Origin: Alistipes sp.
GTDB lineage: Bacteria; Bacteroidota; Bacteroidia; Bacteroidales; Rikenellaceae
Direction of reading: 5' to 3'
Length of the DNA: 64,000 nt
Assembly (NCBI GenBank): GCA_017383445.1
Contig: JAFNXQ010000020.1
Location: 35,561-99,560 of the forward strand
Part shown: positions 48,338-59,171 of the stretch, one piece after another
How the letters are laid out: every line of letters starts with the position of its first letter
Position numbering within the stretch: the stretch's first letter is position 1
Made by a program: the position numbers and the translations under genes
The notes under the pieces: generated by a model
What the model saw: the letters and a program-made list of their open reading frames with translations, nothing else
Database searches by the model: none
What the model was told of the DNA's origin: nothing

Positions 48338-50062
48338 TTACTGGGCGATACAGTCAAATTGTACGCAACCAATATAACCATTACAGAACATATAGTAAGC
48401 ATACATGAAGTAACCATCAGAAGTTACATGCAGCTTAACGTCCTGATATGAGTTGCCGTTAGCACCCTCGTTGGCACGGCCACCATACAAACCATAGCCG
48501 CCTTCGCCACGATCCAGAGCCCATACAACGCAGTCGGGATCCTGTGTCGCATCCAGCTCGAATGAGCCGTTGAAGGTCTGAGGATACTTCGCCTCCATAA
48601 CCCATGCACCACCTGCGACACCCCATGTGAAGAATGACTCCATAGATGCCATAACGTAGTTCACACCATTGAAATTAACAGCATCAACAGCCTGCATACC
48701 CTCGTTGCCGGTCAATACACCCTTGACAGATGACAACATAGCGTTGCTGCTACCGCTGATCCAGCCAAGCTCATTTGCCGAGTAACCGCAAGCGAAGAAG
48801 TCAGCCGTAGCGTCGGTACCCAAACGAATTGCATCACCATTGGTCCAGCCCTTGCTCATACCGCTGATCTGGCACCAGTAAGGTTTAGCATCAGCAACAC
48901 CATCCTTCACAGTCCAAGTGAAGTTAGATGTTGTACCTGTTGAGGTCCAGCCGCAATATACCGCCTGAACAGAAGCATTGCCGTAAACATCGCCCCATAC
49001 AGAGAGGTGCTTACCGAGAACATCACTTGTTGCGTGCTCGATGAAGAGCTCTGGTGTAGAGTTGATGTCACGCATACGCCATACGCGGAAGATACCGCCG
49101 TCATCGGGGATGTAGTTGTTGATGACGATGTGGCCCTTATGGTCAGATGTGATGTAGTAATTTGAGCTTGCACCCTTCACCGAACCGATGTTAAGAGTAC
49201 CGAGTCGCTTACCACTCTTGGCATCGAGGATGATAGGATCCTCACCGCGGGTATTGATGATAACATACTCGTCGGTAGCGGCGATACCTGTTGTCATGTT
49301 GAGCACTGATACACCGGCATCCTTAAGCTTGATGTTCCACAGGACCTTTGCACTCTCGGGACGAATACCCTCGGGATGACGTGCAGGCTCGGTCTGCTGC
49401 AATGTCCACTCACGCTTTGTGACACCATCCTGTGCGATTACGGTGAACTTCTTGGGCTCGTCGGTAGAGCACCAGAAAGCGGTCTCCGATGGGTCGGGCA
49501 CGATGCGTGCATGGGGCGAGAGTACTACATCAGCAAAGACATTCTGCAAGTCGTTGAAGTAGATAAGCGATGCGGTAGCACCATTCTTGTCGATCAACGC
49601 CGAGATGCCCAGGTCGCGGATTGTAAAGCTCTCAATATCGCAGGCATTATGCTTTTTGAGCTCTGCCTTGATAGTCCAGTCACTCTTCTGCTTCTTCTGG
49701 TCGGTCAGTGTAACGGTATAGGTCTGTGTGAGATCTATTGTTACGAGCTTCGGCGAGATGTAAGCATTGTCGTCGAGGTTGAACTGAATCCAAACCTTCT
49801 TGTAATCCTCCAGGTCGGTTACTGCATCCGACTCCACAGGGATATTATAGGGCACCTGAATAGTGATAACATGATTCTCATAGTCAATAGCACTATTGAA
49901 GCGAGCATTTGCATCAGCCGTGTGGTAACCATCCCAAGTGGGATATACAAGCACATTATTGATGCCCTTCTTGGTAGCCGCAGGTGTAAGCTCCTCCGGC
50001 TCTTGGCACGCCGTCATAGGGAGTACGACTGCCATCAACATCCAAAATATTATCTTTTTCAT
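48338..50062 (-). CDS. Surface lipoprotein in SusE position (DUF5018-like Ig domains plus C-terminal propeller-like domain), probable glycan-binding protein (start at ATG 50062)
   Basis: Lipobox MTAC followed by acidic QEPEE; FTVIAQDG Ig-like motif; directly downstream of susD. Confidence 0.72.
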   Translation of the reverse strand: MKKIIFWMLMAVVLPMTACQEPEELTPAATKKGINNVLVYPTWDGYHTADANARFNSAIDYENHVITIQVPYNIPVESDAVTDLEDYKKVWIQFNLDDNAYISPKLVTIDLTQTYTVTLTDQKKQKSDWTIKAELKKHNACDIESFTIRDLGISALIDKNGATASLIYFNDLQNVFADVVLSPHARIVPDPSETAFWCSTDEPKKFTVIAQDGVTKREWTLQQTEPARHPEGIRPESAKVLWNIKLKDAGVSVLNMTTGIAATDEYVIINTRGEDPIILDAKSGKRLGTLNIGSVKGASSNYYITSDHKGHIVINNYIPDDGGIFRVWRMRDINSTPELFIEHATSDVLGKHLSVWGDVYGNASVQAVYCGWTSTGTTSNFTWTVKDGVADAKPYWCQISGMSKGWTNGDAIRLGTDATADFFACGYSANELGWISGSSNAMLSSVKGVLTGNEGMQAVDAVNFNGVNYVMASMESFFTWGVAGGAWVMEAKYPQTFNGSFELDATQDPDCVVWALDRGEGGYGLYGGRANEGANGNSYQDVKLHVTSDGYFMYAYYMFCNGYIGCVQFDCIAQ

Positions 50063-50073
50063 AGAATTAGCTA

Positions 50074-51708
50074 TTAGAAGTTCCACTCATCAAACTGTTG
50101 TATAGCGTTGTTATTCTGCAACTCGGCATTAGGAATAGGCAGACGATACATACGAGAAAGGAACTTACGATCCTGGCCGTCGCAATCAACATAAGCGTAG
50201 CGGTAGCCAGAGCCCTCCTTTGTAATCTTCAAGCCGTGAACGCGGTAGCCATTGTAAGCCTCCTCAGAGAGTCTCCAACGACGCATATCCCACCACAGGT
50301 GGCCTTCGTATGCGAGCTCAATCTTACGCTCGTGACGCAACGCTGCGAAGCAGTCGTCACCCTCCAATGTAAGGTCGGTAGGAAGACCCACGCGTGAACG
50401 TACCTGTGCGATGTAGCCCATTGCAGTACCATACTGACCCAGCTCATACTCAGCCTCGGCAAGGTTCAGAAGCACCTCTGCCAGACGCAACTCAACCCAT
50501 GTAGAGGTTGATGCAACGCTTGTAAGGTTGGTGTTTGTCTCCTGACGGAACTTACGCATATAGTAGCCTGTAACGGTCTTGCCATAAGGATAAGGCTCAA
50601 CACCGTAATCTACATAAGTACCATAAGTACCATCTACGCAGCACTCCAACTCAACATCCTTCCAGATAGCTCCGTTGTAGAGGATTGTGGCAGCGAAACG
50701 AGGCTCCAGGCTCTCGTAGGGAGGATACTTTGTAGTGCCGTCAGCAGTGTGCCAAGCACTCCAGTCAACCTTGTTACCATCCTTATCCTCGTAGCTCTCA
50801 ACCATCTCCTGTGTAGGAGTAGCACCACCGGCAGTAGTGTACTCATAGTACATACACATATAACGATCCCAGTAGTGGTTAGGGCCTGTTACGAGGTAGT
50901 TGAATTCGAGAATAGACTCCGAGTTACCACCCTTTGTAGCAGCCTCATAGGTAGAGGCGAGTGAATAACCGAGCTTGAGAACCTCCTCACCGGCAGCCTT
51001 TGCATCTGACCAACGCTCTGCGTAGATCATAGCACGGCACAACATAGCATAGGCAGCACCCTTGGTTACGCGACCAGTGTTGGCTGAATCCCACGCTGTG
51101 GGGAGATTGTTTGCAGCGAACGTAAACTCGTCGTAGATATACTGCCAGGTATCTTTGGCAGATGTAAGAGGCGTATTCTTAACCGTCTCGGCGAGGCTTT
51201 TGAAGATGATAGCCTGACCTCCGTAACGCTTTGCAAGCTGGAAATAGAGGAAAGCACGGAAGAAACGGGCCTGTGCCTCATAGAGAGTATTCACCTCGGC
51301 AGAGTAAGTAGAGTAGTTCTCCATTGCTGCCAGGAACTCGTTGATGCGGCGGATACGTTCGTAAGCACCACTCCAGCAGTCGAGGTAGCTACCCTCACTT
51401 GTCAGGGTCTCGGGTGTGAATACATAGTAGTTACAGTCACCTGCACGGTTACCCACGATAGGACTACCATATTTGAACGTCTCGGTCAAACCCTCGGTAA
51501 GGTTACCGCTGAACTGGCCCTCGCCAAACTGGCTATATACGTGGATATACTCGTAGAAGTTATTTACATACAGATCTGTTGCAGCCTGATTCTCCCACAC
51601 CGACTTATCGGTAATTTTGTCGGTCGGAGTAAGCTCCAAGTAGTCGTTACAACTCACTAATCCGAGCGTAAGGAACGACAAGAATAGAATCAAAATTCTG
51701 TTTTTCAT
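50074..51708 (-). CDS. SusD/RagB family lipoprotein (start at ATG 51708)
   Basis: LVSCNDYL, EAQARFFRA..YF.L, GRVTKGAA, RLAEVLLN.AEA, ERKIELAYEG..WWD.RRW, PIP..E. Confidence 0.95.
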   Translation of the reverse strand: MKNRILILFLSFLTLGLVSCNDYLELTPTDKITDKSVWENQAATDLYVNNFYEYIHVYSQFGEGQFSGNLTEGLTETFKYGSPIVGNRAGDCNYYVFTPETLTSEGSYLDCWSGAYERIRRINEFLAAMENYSTYSAEVNTLYEAQARFFRAFLYFQLAKRYGGQAIIFKSLAETVKNTPLTSAKDTWQYIYDEFTFAANNLPTAWDSANTGRVTKGAAYAMLCRAMIYAERWSDAKAAGEEVLKLGYSLASTYEAATKGGNSESILEFNYLVTGPNHYWDRYMCMYYEYTTAGGATPTQEMVESYEDKDGNKVDWSAWHTADGTTKYPPYESLEPRFAATILYNGAIWKDVELECCVDGTYGTYVDYGVEPYPYGKTVTGYYMRKFRQETNTNLTSVASTSTWVELRLAEVLLNLAEAEYELGQYGTAMGYIAQVRSRVGLPTDLTLEGDDCFAALRHERKIELAYEGHLWWDMRRWRLSEEAYNGYRVHGLKITKEGSGYRYAYVDCDGQDRKFLSRMYRLPIPNAELQNNNAIQQFDEWNF

Positions 51709-51727
51709 AATTTTCAAGTTTTTCGGA

Positions 51728-54700
51728 TTATAGAGTAATATTCAAACCTACCGACATCACGCGCTGCTGTGGATAGTAACCGTTGTTTACGCTCGGCTGC
51801 TCGGGGTCGATATTGTATTTGCTCACGTGGCTCAATGTGAAGATGTTAGAACCCTCAACATATACTCTGATACGCTGAATACCAGCCTTTCGTGTCAGCT
51901 TGGCGGGAAGAGTATAACCCAACTGGATAGTCTTCAAGCGGAGGTAGTCACCCGGACGATACCAGCGAGTTGAAGAGTAAGCGTTGTTTGAGCTGCTTGC
52001 AAGAGAGAGACGTGGGAAGTAAGCGTCGGTATTCTCCGGTGTCCAAGAGTTCTCTACAAGGTAGAGAGGAGAGTTACCATCGTGATAGAAAGGCTTTGTC
52101 ATTGAGGTATTGTCCATAATACCACCTGCATAAACACCTGTCAAAGCGATAGTTGAGCCGACACCACCCTGCAACAGGAAGTTGAAGTCGATGCCCTTCC
52201 ACTCGCAGTTGAATGCCAAACCACCTGTAAACTTGGGATATACGCTGGTACCTACATAACCACGGTCCTGCTCATAAGAGATGATACCGTCACCATTTCT
52301 ATCCTCATACTTGATATCACCCACGCGGATAGGCTTACCTACCATTGTAGGAGAGTTCTGAATCTCCTCCTCACTCTGGAACAAACCCTTGTCGATGAAA
52401 CCGATTACAGCACCAACCTCCTTGCCTGTCAGCTTCTGGTAGTCGGGAGTGTTGTCTGCATCGCCTGCATAGTACAACCAGCGACGCTTTGCGTAAGAGC
52501 CCATAAACTTGATGCCGTAAGAGAAGTCGCCGGCACGGTTGTTATGAGAGATTGAGAAGTCAAAACCGCGAACGTCCTGCTTGTTTACATTATCAACCGA
52601 TGGGAAGTAACCACCCACTGATGGAGGATAGCTACCGCCTACGCTTGCAAGCATATCATATTTATAGGTATAGAAGACGTCGGCCTCGATACCGAGCAAG
52701 CCCTTCCAGAATGTAGCATCAACACCAATGTTGTAGTTCAGGTTCTTCTCCCAGGTGATGTTGGGGTTGGCGATACCGCCTGTGTAGATACCCAACTGAC
52801 CCTGACCGCCGATAACAACGCCGTTAGATGATGGAATTGTCATCGTGCTCAAATACTGGAATGCACTAACTGCTGATGTACCTGTAAGACCGATACCACC
52901 ACGCAACTTCAAGTTATCAACCCATCTTGACTTGAACCACTTCTCCTGTGAGATACGCCAGCCGGCAGATGCTGCGGGGAAGAAGCCCCAGCGTGAGCCG
53001 TTCATACCAGAGAAGAGGTAAGTACCATCGTAACGACCTGAAAGCTCGACATAGATACGGTCGTCGTAGTCGTAGTTCAAACGAGCCACGAAACCTACCT
53101 GACGGCTGTGTGCACTTGTACCACCCACGGCACGCTTGTCGTTTGAGCCATCACCGAAGTTAAGTTCGGGAAGGTTCTCGAACATAAGGTCATACATACG
53201 GCCATAGTGGTTGTTGCTTCTGTAATCGCGAGTCTCCAACAATGCCAACGCAGCAACGCGGTGCTTACCGAATGTGTTGTCGTAAGAGAGGCTTGTCTGT
53301 GTGATGCCGTTGAAGGTGTAATATGAAGCCTCCTGCAAGTTGTTTACATCGCCCAGACCCGAATATGTCTGACTTACGGTGTAATTCATCTTGTAGATAT
53401 AGCCGTTCTCGTCATAAGCAAAGTTTGCCAACGCCATCTTGTAAGGTGTAGAGAACTGCTTTGTGTGAGTGAAGGCCATATCGTATGATGCGAAGAACTT
53501 CGCTGAAAGGCCCTTAACCCAAGGAATATCCCAACGCAGTGAGATGTTGGGCTCGATATATGTCGCCAGACGGCGGTTTTTACCAGACTCCTGATAAGCA
53601 GCAACGGGATTGACCGTAGCCGAAGCGGTAGCGGTAGCAGTGTGATACTCTGTACCGTCGATTGTCATCTTCTCAGGAACGTATGGGTGAACACGCATAG
53701 CCTGCTGTGCAACGTTGTTCCATGCACTGGGATCTGCCGAGTATGTAGGCTGGTCGTGCTCCTGAATACGGCCTGCAAGACCCACCTCCAATGTGAGGTT
53801 GTTGGCAATCTTGGCCGAGAGGTTGGCACGCATGTTATAACGGCGGAAGTTGAAGTTATCGACATTACCCTTCTGGTCGAACATACCGATTGAAGCGAAG
53901 TAGTTCATATTGTCGTTACCGCCATTAGCAGAGATTGTGTGCGACATGTTGTGACCGATGTTGAACACCTTGTTATACCAGTTGGTGTTACCCCAGCCAT
54001 CCTCCTCGTTAATCATCTTCTGAACGATGTCAGATGTGAAGATAGGCTGCTGACCATCCAGCTCCAATGCCTTGTTGTACCAGTAAGCATAACCGGGACC
54101 ATCAAGCAAAGTCATTGGGTTGGCATTCTGGCTGACACCATAAGAACCCTTGTATGAGATTGTTGAGGCACCCTTCTGGCCACGCTTTGTGGTTACGATG
54201 ATAACGGTGTTACCATCCAGACCATAAACGGCAGCTGCCGAAGCATCCTTCAATACCGAGATAGACTCGATATCCTCGGGATTGATCTGGCTGATGTCAC
54301 GGGGCACACCGTCCACGATGTAGAGTACAGACTGACCACGCACCATGATAGAAGAGCCATCGGCACCGGGCTGACCAGAGAGCTGCACAGCAGTAACACC
54401 TGCCACACGACCTGCCAGCATATTCGAGATATTACCGACGGGGGCCTTCTCCAACTCCTTACCAGAGATTTGAGAGATAGCGGCTGTCACCGACTGCTTC
54501 TTCTGCACACCGTAACCTACCACGACAACCTCGTCCACCTGCTCTGCATCGCTTTTCAGCTCAACAGTGATGTTTTTAAGGTCGGCAGTCACCGGTACAT
54601 ACACAGTCTCCATACCGAGGAATGAAATCTCGAGTCGGCTACCAGCTTTAGCCGTGAGTGAGAAGTGTCCGTTGATGTCGGTAGAGGTACCTGTATTGGT

Positions 54701-54877
54701 GCCCTCCACGATAACGGTTGCTCCGATGACGGGAGCACCCGCTTCATCAACAACAGTTCCCTTGATTGAATTTTGTGCCCAAGCTGCACTGGGGCTCAAA
54801 ATCACGAAGAGGGCACAGAGGATTGATAAGATGGATTTACAAATCCCCCCCCCTTGTTTTTGGGATAAATGTTTCAT
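51728..54877 (-). CDS. SusC/RagA TonB-dependent transporter
   Basis: GAPVIGATV, EVVVVGYG, LAGRVAG, IESISVLKDASAAAVYG, TTKRG, FFPAASAGW, ITWEK, GDIKYED, YLRLK, YP..R. Confidence 0.96.
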   Translation of the reverse strand: MKHLSQKQGGGICKSILSILCALFVILSPSAAWAQNSIKGTVVDEAGAPVIGATVIVEGTNTGTSTDINGHFSLTAKAGSRLEISFLGMETVYVPVTADLKNITVELKSDAEQVDEVVVVGYGVQKKQSVTAAISQISGKELEKAPVGNISNMLAGRVAGVTAVQLSGQPGADGSSIMVRGQSVLYIVDGVPRDISQINPEDIESISVLKDASAAAVYGLDGNTVIIVTTKRGQKGASTISYKGSYGVSQNANPMTLLDGPGYAYWYNKALELDGQQPIFTSDIVQKMINEEDGWGNTNWYNKVFNIGHNMSHTISANGGNDNMNYFASIGMFDQKGNVDNFNFRRYNMRANLSAKIANNLTLEVGLAGRIQEHDQPTYSADPSAWNNVAQQAMRVHPYVPEKMTIDGTEYHTATATASATVNPVAAYQESGKNRRLATYIEPNISLRWDIPWVKGLSAKFFASYDMAFTHTKQFSTPYKMALANFAYDENGYIYKMNYTVSQTYSGLGDVNNLQEASYYTFNGITQTSLSYDNTFGKHRVAALALLETRDYRSNNHYGRMYDLMFENLPELNFGDGSNDKRAVGGTSAHSRQVGFVARLNYDYDDRIYVELSGRYDGTYLFSGMNGSRWGFFPAASAGWRISQEKWFKSRWVDNLKLRGGIGLTGTSAVSAFQYLSTMTIPSSNGVVIGGQGQLGIYTGGIANPNITWEKNLNYNIGVDATFWKGLLGIEADVFYTYKYDMLASVGGSYPPSVGGYFPSVDNVNKQDVRGFDFSISHNNRAGDFSYGIKFMGSYAKRRWLYYAGDADNTPDYQKLTGKEVGAVIGFIDKGLFQSEEEIQNSPTMVGKPIRVGDIKYEDRNGDGIISYEQDRGYVGTSVYPKFTGGLAFNCEWKGIDFNFLLQGGVGSTIALTGVYAGGIMDNTSMTKPFYHDGNSPLYLVENSWTPENTDAYFPRLSLASSSNNAYSSTRWYRPGDYLRLKTIQLGYTLPAKLTRKAGIQRIRVYVEGSNIFTLSHVSKYNIDPEQPSVNNGYYPQQRVMSVGLNITL

Positions 54878-54906
54878 AATGATATAGTTTTAAGTTTGTG
54901 TATTGA

Positions 54907-56232
54907 TTACTCTGTCTTAATGTTCTGTTCCAGTACATCCCACCAGTCGCGATTGACGATGTGTACGAGGTCAAAAATCATCAAACCGCCTTCGCAACTC
55001 TTCATAACCTGTGCTACGGCACGGCCAAACTGCTCCTTATCCTGCTCATACTGATCAACATAGAGTGAGCCGGCTACGGGAACAACGCCGCAGGTGATGG
55101 CCTGTGCCAACTCGGCACCGCCCTCCACCGAGTAGCAGTATGTAAGGTCGTTGGGGTCCATACCCGACTCGGTACGCTGACCTACAACGCGACCCTGTGC
55201 TGCATCCACCTCATCTTTGGTAACGAGGGTGTAGTAAAGACCTGTCATATAGATATCGAGCAGGTCGGCATAGCCCGTCTTGTAGTAGTTCTCCGAAGCC
55301 CACTCGGGATAACGTTCTGCGGGGTTGTACTGTGTACTTGCCCAGTTCACACCCAGCTGATAGTAGGTAGGATACCAAGCACCTGTATAGTCGCCAATCA
55401 GGATGTTGGGGTTAGCCTCGTGGATGGCTGCGTGAGCCTCCTCAACGAAAGACTTGATGATGGTAGCACGCCACTCAACCCACTCCTTGAAGTATTTCGA
55501 GTGCTTCATCTTGCCATCCTCCCAGTAGATGATATCCTCGGGATACTTCTCCAGCTTGATGCCACTCCACTCCTCAAACTGCTGACGAGAGAGGTCAGAG
55601 AAGTCGGATGTGATGTTGTCGTAACGCAGACGGTCGAAGATGATACCATCGGCATCGGGGTAGCGGGTAGCAAACTCCACCAGAATATTCTTCTGATACT
55701 CACGCACCTCAGGATTTGAGGGGTTGAGCATGCCGTTGTAGTTGCTCTTAATCTCACTGATAGGCACCAGCGAGCCATCGGGACGATAGACGATAGACTG
55801 CCACTCGGGATGCTCGTTGAAGATGATGCCGCGATTGAAGAAGATGTGGCCTCCGGCGAAGATGTTCAGCGAGCCGTGAACACGCATACCGGCACGATGA
55901 CCCTCGTCGATGAAGTGACGCATCATGTCGTACTCGCGGGGACGAACAGTACCCTCAAACTCCGCCATATAGGGGGCGTACTTGCTGTCATAAAGCGTCT
56001 CGCCCATAATAGACTTTACATCGACAACGATGTCGGTGATGCCTATTGCCTTCATCTTATCGACATAGAATGCGATAGAGTCCTGCGAACTCATACGGGC
56101 GAAGTTAGCCTCGCAATCTACCCACATATATACGGGCTTGCTGCTCTTCGTTTGTGCATTGTTGCAGCCGACGACGCCTAACATAGCCGTTGCGACGACT
56201 GCCAATGTGAAAAGTTGAAAGATTCGTTTCAT
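54907..56232 (-). CDS. GHL10 (DUF187)-like glycoside hydrolase lipoprotein
   Basis: Lipobox VVGC, YMWVDCEANF, TDIVVDVK, LNPSNPEVR, DGIIFDR.RY, WYPTYYQLGVNWAS. Paralog of 46587-48266. Confidence 0.78.
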   Translation of the reverse strand: MKRIFQLFTLAVVATAMLGVVGCNNAQTKSSKPVYMWVDCEANFARMSSQDSIAFYVDKMKAIGITDIVVDVKSIMGETLYDSKYAPYMAEFEGTVRPREYDMMRHFIDEGHRAGMRVHGSLNIFAGGHIFFNRGIIFNEHPEWQSIVYRPDGSLVPISEIKSNYNGMLNPSNPEVREYQKNILVEFATRYPDADGIIFDRLRYDNITSDFSDLSRQQFEEWSGIKLEKYPEDIIYWEDGKMKHSKYFKEWVEWRATIIKSFVEEAHAAIHEANPNILIGDYTGAWYPTYYQLGVNWASTQYNPAERYPEWASENYYKTGYADLLDIYMTGLYYTLVTKDEVDAAQGRVVGQRTESGMDPNDLTYCYSVEGGAELAQAITCGVVPVAGSLYVDQYEQDKEQFGRAVAQVMKSCEGGLMIFDLVHIVNRDWWDVLEQNIKTE

Positions 56233-56267
56233 ATACGTTTGATTATTTTGTGTAATTGCAATGTGTC

Positions 56268-57551
56268 CTATTCAATTTCAGCGATGACGATAGCTGTGGG
56301 GACCTGACGCTGGCTGCCGTCGCTTGGTGTGTTACAAACCTCACCATTGTAGCCAACGATAGCCGATGAACCTCCACCATCGAGGTTGATAGCGTAATCC
56401 ATGCCGTGCTCAACAAAGATGTCGGCCATCTCGCTGAGGGTAAGTCCGTTTGAGCCGTTCTTGCCACGACCGTCGCATACGAGCAGCATCAACTTGCCAC
56501 TCTTTGTTCCGCCTATCGCGGTGCGGGGCTGGCGAGTGTTGCCACTTGTACCACCGGTGTGCATAATCTCTCGGTAGTAGTACTCCATAGCCACATTCTT
56601 CTTCTTGTAAACCAGCATCGGGCCGCCGCCGATAGCCTGCTCAGGCTCCCAGAGCTTCGCACCGGCTGTATTGACGGTTGGAGGAGTGGTCATGAACGTA
56701 TGAGTTGTCTCGTCGTTACCCAATGGAGAGGGGAACGAGTATGGCTTGCCATTGATGCAATATACCCAGGTCGCCTCGAATGAGCCGTCGGCATTCTGTC
56801 CGAAAGCGGCACGCACGGGATAGGCAGTAATCTGCTTGCCTGCAGCGTTGTCGGGATATGCTGTCTGTGTGGCGATAGACTTCACCTCGCCGTCAGAGAT
56901 GCAGAGACTGAGTGATGCTCCATCCCAGAAGAAACCGGCATTTGACACTACGTAAGGCGTACCCAGACCGAGAGTTTTGAAGTGCTCAAAGGCAGCCGTA
57001 GGAGTGAGTGCGGGGTTGAGGTGAGTGGGGCAGAAGCGGATGTTGCCGTTTGATTTGAGGTCGGCCAGGACGATGTAGCCCTTCGCTACGCCACCATCCT
57101 CAAAACTCTTCTCAAATGGCTCAACCGACATACGCTTCGGATAGTTTGACTCCGGAGCATCGCTTGCTGTGATGACGGTGACGGGAGTACATACCGAGCC
57201 AAACTGGGCATCGCGGGCTGCGGCGATGAATGTGTATGCCGTAGCGGGTTTCAGGTCGCTTACGACAACCTCTTTGCCGTTTTCAGCATTCAGTGTTGTA
57301 CCCTTCGAGAACACCTCGTCAATAGAGAGGCTGAGGCTCTCGCCCTCGGCGAAATGGTAAGCACACTCCTCTGCGTAGATTGACTTGATAAGCACCGTGA
57401 TAGATGTTGTTGTCTTCTCGATGGGGGTGATTACAACCGCAGGGGTAGTCTCCGGGTCGGGGAAGACATAGTTTGGATTTACCTCTTGTTTGCAACCGAG
57501 GCACAGGCCTACGAGGGCCGTTAAAATTGCTAAAATCGAAAAATTTTTCAT
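56268..57551 (-). CDS. Phosphodiester glycosidase (NAGPA/DUF2233 family) lipoprotein with FN3-like N-terminal domain
   Basis: NAGFF, AIGGGPML, QPRTAIG, LVCDGR, GLTL.EMA, AINLDGGGSS, N.PSDG. Confidence 0.88.
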   Translation of the reverse strand: MKNFSILAILTALVGLCLGCKQEVNPNYVFPDPETTPAVVITPIEKTTTSITVLIKSIYAEECAYHFAEGESLSLSIDEVFSKGTTLNAENGKEVVVSDLKPATAYTFIAAARDAQFGSVCTPVTVITASDAPESNYPKRMSVEPFEKSFEDGGVAKGYIVLADLKSNGNIRFCPTHLNPALTPTAAFEHFKTLGLGTPYVVSNAGFFWDGASLSLCISDGEVKSIATQTAYPDNAAGKQITAYPVRAAFGQNADGSFEATWVYCINGKPYSFPSPLGNDETTHTFMTTPPTVNTAGAKLWEPEQAIGGGPMLVYKKKNVAMEYYYREIMHTGGTSGNTRQPRTAIGGTKSGKLMLLVCDGRGKNGSNGLTLSEMADIFVEHGMDYAINLDGGGSSAIVGYNGEVCNTPSDGSQRQVPTAIVIAEIE

Positions 57552-57699
57552 TGCTTTTGGATATTATAATTCTAATTAGGCGTAAAATTAAAGAATTTTC
57601 TTCATAAAACAAAACTTTTTAAATAAATTTTAATAAGATTTTTTCGCTTGTGATTTGGTTAAAATATTGATATTTAGCATTATAGTTTAATTTTGGTGC

Positions 57700-57707
57700 C
57701 AAAAATA
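57700..57707 (-). promoter_or_regulatory. Candidate -7 box of the PUL promoter
   Basis: TATTTTTG on the minus strand, in the AT-rich intergenic region upstream of the NAGPA gene. Confidence 0.4.
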
Positions 57708-57774
57708 GCAAAATAAAAATTTTTATTAAGTTTGTTTTGTCGTTTTCTGCACTCTTTTTTGGTTGAAAAAGGGC

Positions 57775-57803
57775 AAAAAAAAGAGCCGCCGAAAGGGCGA
57801 CTC
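57775..57803 (-). terminator. Terminator after the MFS gene
   Basis: Minus strand reads GGAGTCGCC-ctttc-GGCGGCTC followed by T8. Confidence 0.75.
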
Positions 57804-57832
57804 CTGATATAGTCCAAAATCGATTTTGCCTA

Positions 57833-59125
57833 TTAGCTCTCCTGTGGCTGCTCCGATGAATCACTGTGTGTGAATGGCAGGAACCAGGTGAGAATAAATG
57901 CCGGAATAGCACTTGCCAAGGCCCAGAGGAAGAACTTCTCGTAGCCGATAGCGTCGCTGATGACACCCGAAATCATACCCGGCAGCATAACGCCGAGGTT
58001 GGCCAGTGCCGAGCCGAAGGCGTAGTGTGCCATCTGGTGCTTTCCGGGAGCCACCTGTTGCATAATGAACAGCGTAAGACCCACAAAACCAAAGCCATAG
58101 CTGAAATACTCGAACACAATACCACCGCATACCAACCACGCACTTTCAGGCTGATATACCGCCAAAAGGGCATAGACTACAAACGGGATATTGAATATGC
58201 AGCAGAGTGGGAATATTGCCTTTTTCAAGCCTCTCCACGAGATGAAATATCCACCCAGAATAGAGCCGACGATGAAGGCTACAACGCCGAATGTGCCATA
58301 GAACAGACCTATCTCGTCCTTTGTCAGGCCGAGGCCCTGCTCCGCTACGGGGGCCTTCAGGAAGAGTGGCACAATCTTGATTACAAGGCCCTCAGTGAAG
58401 CGATAGAAGACGATCCACGCAATGTAAAACCAGATATATTTCTTTTTGAAGAACTGCACGATCACACCCCACGTCTCACGCATTGTCTCGCCAAACGAAG
58501 AGTGGCTCTGTGCCTCGCTTCCGCCTGTCGGAAGTACCTTCCAGTGGTAGAGGCCAAGCACGGTGAGCAGGATGCCGCAGATGAGCATGATTATCACCCA
58601 AGCGTGAAGCACTCCGTAGCGACCTTCGAGCACGCCTGCAAGATAGACCAAACCTCCCATTGCGGTCACTTTGGCGAGGTTGTAAAAAGCACCCTGCCAG
58701 CCTACAAACTGTGCCTGCTGGGTCTTGTTTAACTCTGTGATATACACGCCGTCAAGGGCGATGTCGTGCGTTGCACCGCTGAACGCTAAAACGGTCATAA
58801 TCGCTACCACATAGGGGAAGAAATCGGGCAGTGGCAGAGCCATTGCGATAATGGCTAACGAGACTCCCGAAACGAGCTGCGTGGTAACGACAAAAAACTT
58901 CTTTGTGCGGTACATCTCCATCAGCGGACTCCAGAATGGTTTCAGCGACCAGGGCAGGATGAGCAGCGAGGTCCAGAATGCGACCTGTGCGTCCGAAATA
59001 CCAAAGTCGTTGAACATGATTGGAGCAACGAGATTGATGAGGATAAGTGGCAGACCCATAGCGAAATATGCCGAGGGAACCCACCACAGAGGGGAACGTT
59101 TTGTCTGAGGTAATGCCTGTTCCAT
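57833..59125 (-). CDS. MFS permease, AmpG-like (start at ATG 59125)
   Basis: YFAMGLP, LPWSLKPFWSPL, ATHDIALDG and FYRFTEG motifs of the AmpG/acetyl-CoA transporter branch. Confidence 0.82.
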   Translation of the reverse strand: MEQALPQTKRSPLWWVPSAYFAMGLPLILINLVAPIMFNDFGISDAQVAFWTSLLILPWSLKPFWSPLMEMYRTKKFFVVTTQLVSGVSLAIIAMALPLPDFFPYVVAIMTVLAFSGATHDIALDGVYITELNKTQQAQFVGWQGAFYNLAKVTAMGGLVYLAGVLEGRYGVLHAWVIIMLICGILLTVLGLYHWKVLPTGGSEAQSHSSFGETMRETWGVIVQFFKKKYIWFYIAWIVFYRFTEGLVIKIVPLFLKAPVAEQGLGLTKDEIGLFYGTFGVVAFIVGSILGGYFISWRGLKKAIFPLCCIFNIPFVVYALLAVYQPESAWLVCGGIVFEYFSYGFGFVGLTLFIMQQVAPGKHQMAHYAFGSALANLGVMLPGMISGVISDAIGYEKFFLWALASAIPAFILTWFLPFTHSDSSEQPQES

Positions 59126-59171
59126 TTGCAAGTAAAAATTTATAAGTTTTTATGTTAAAATTCGCTGTTTT

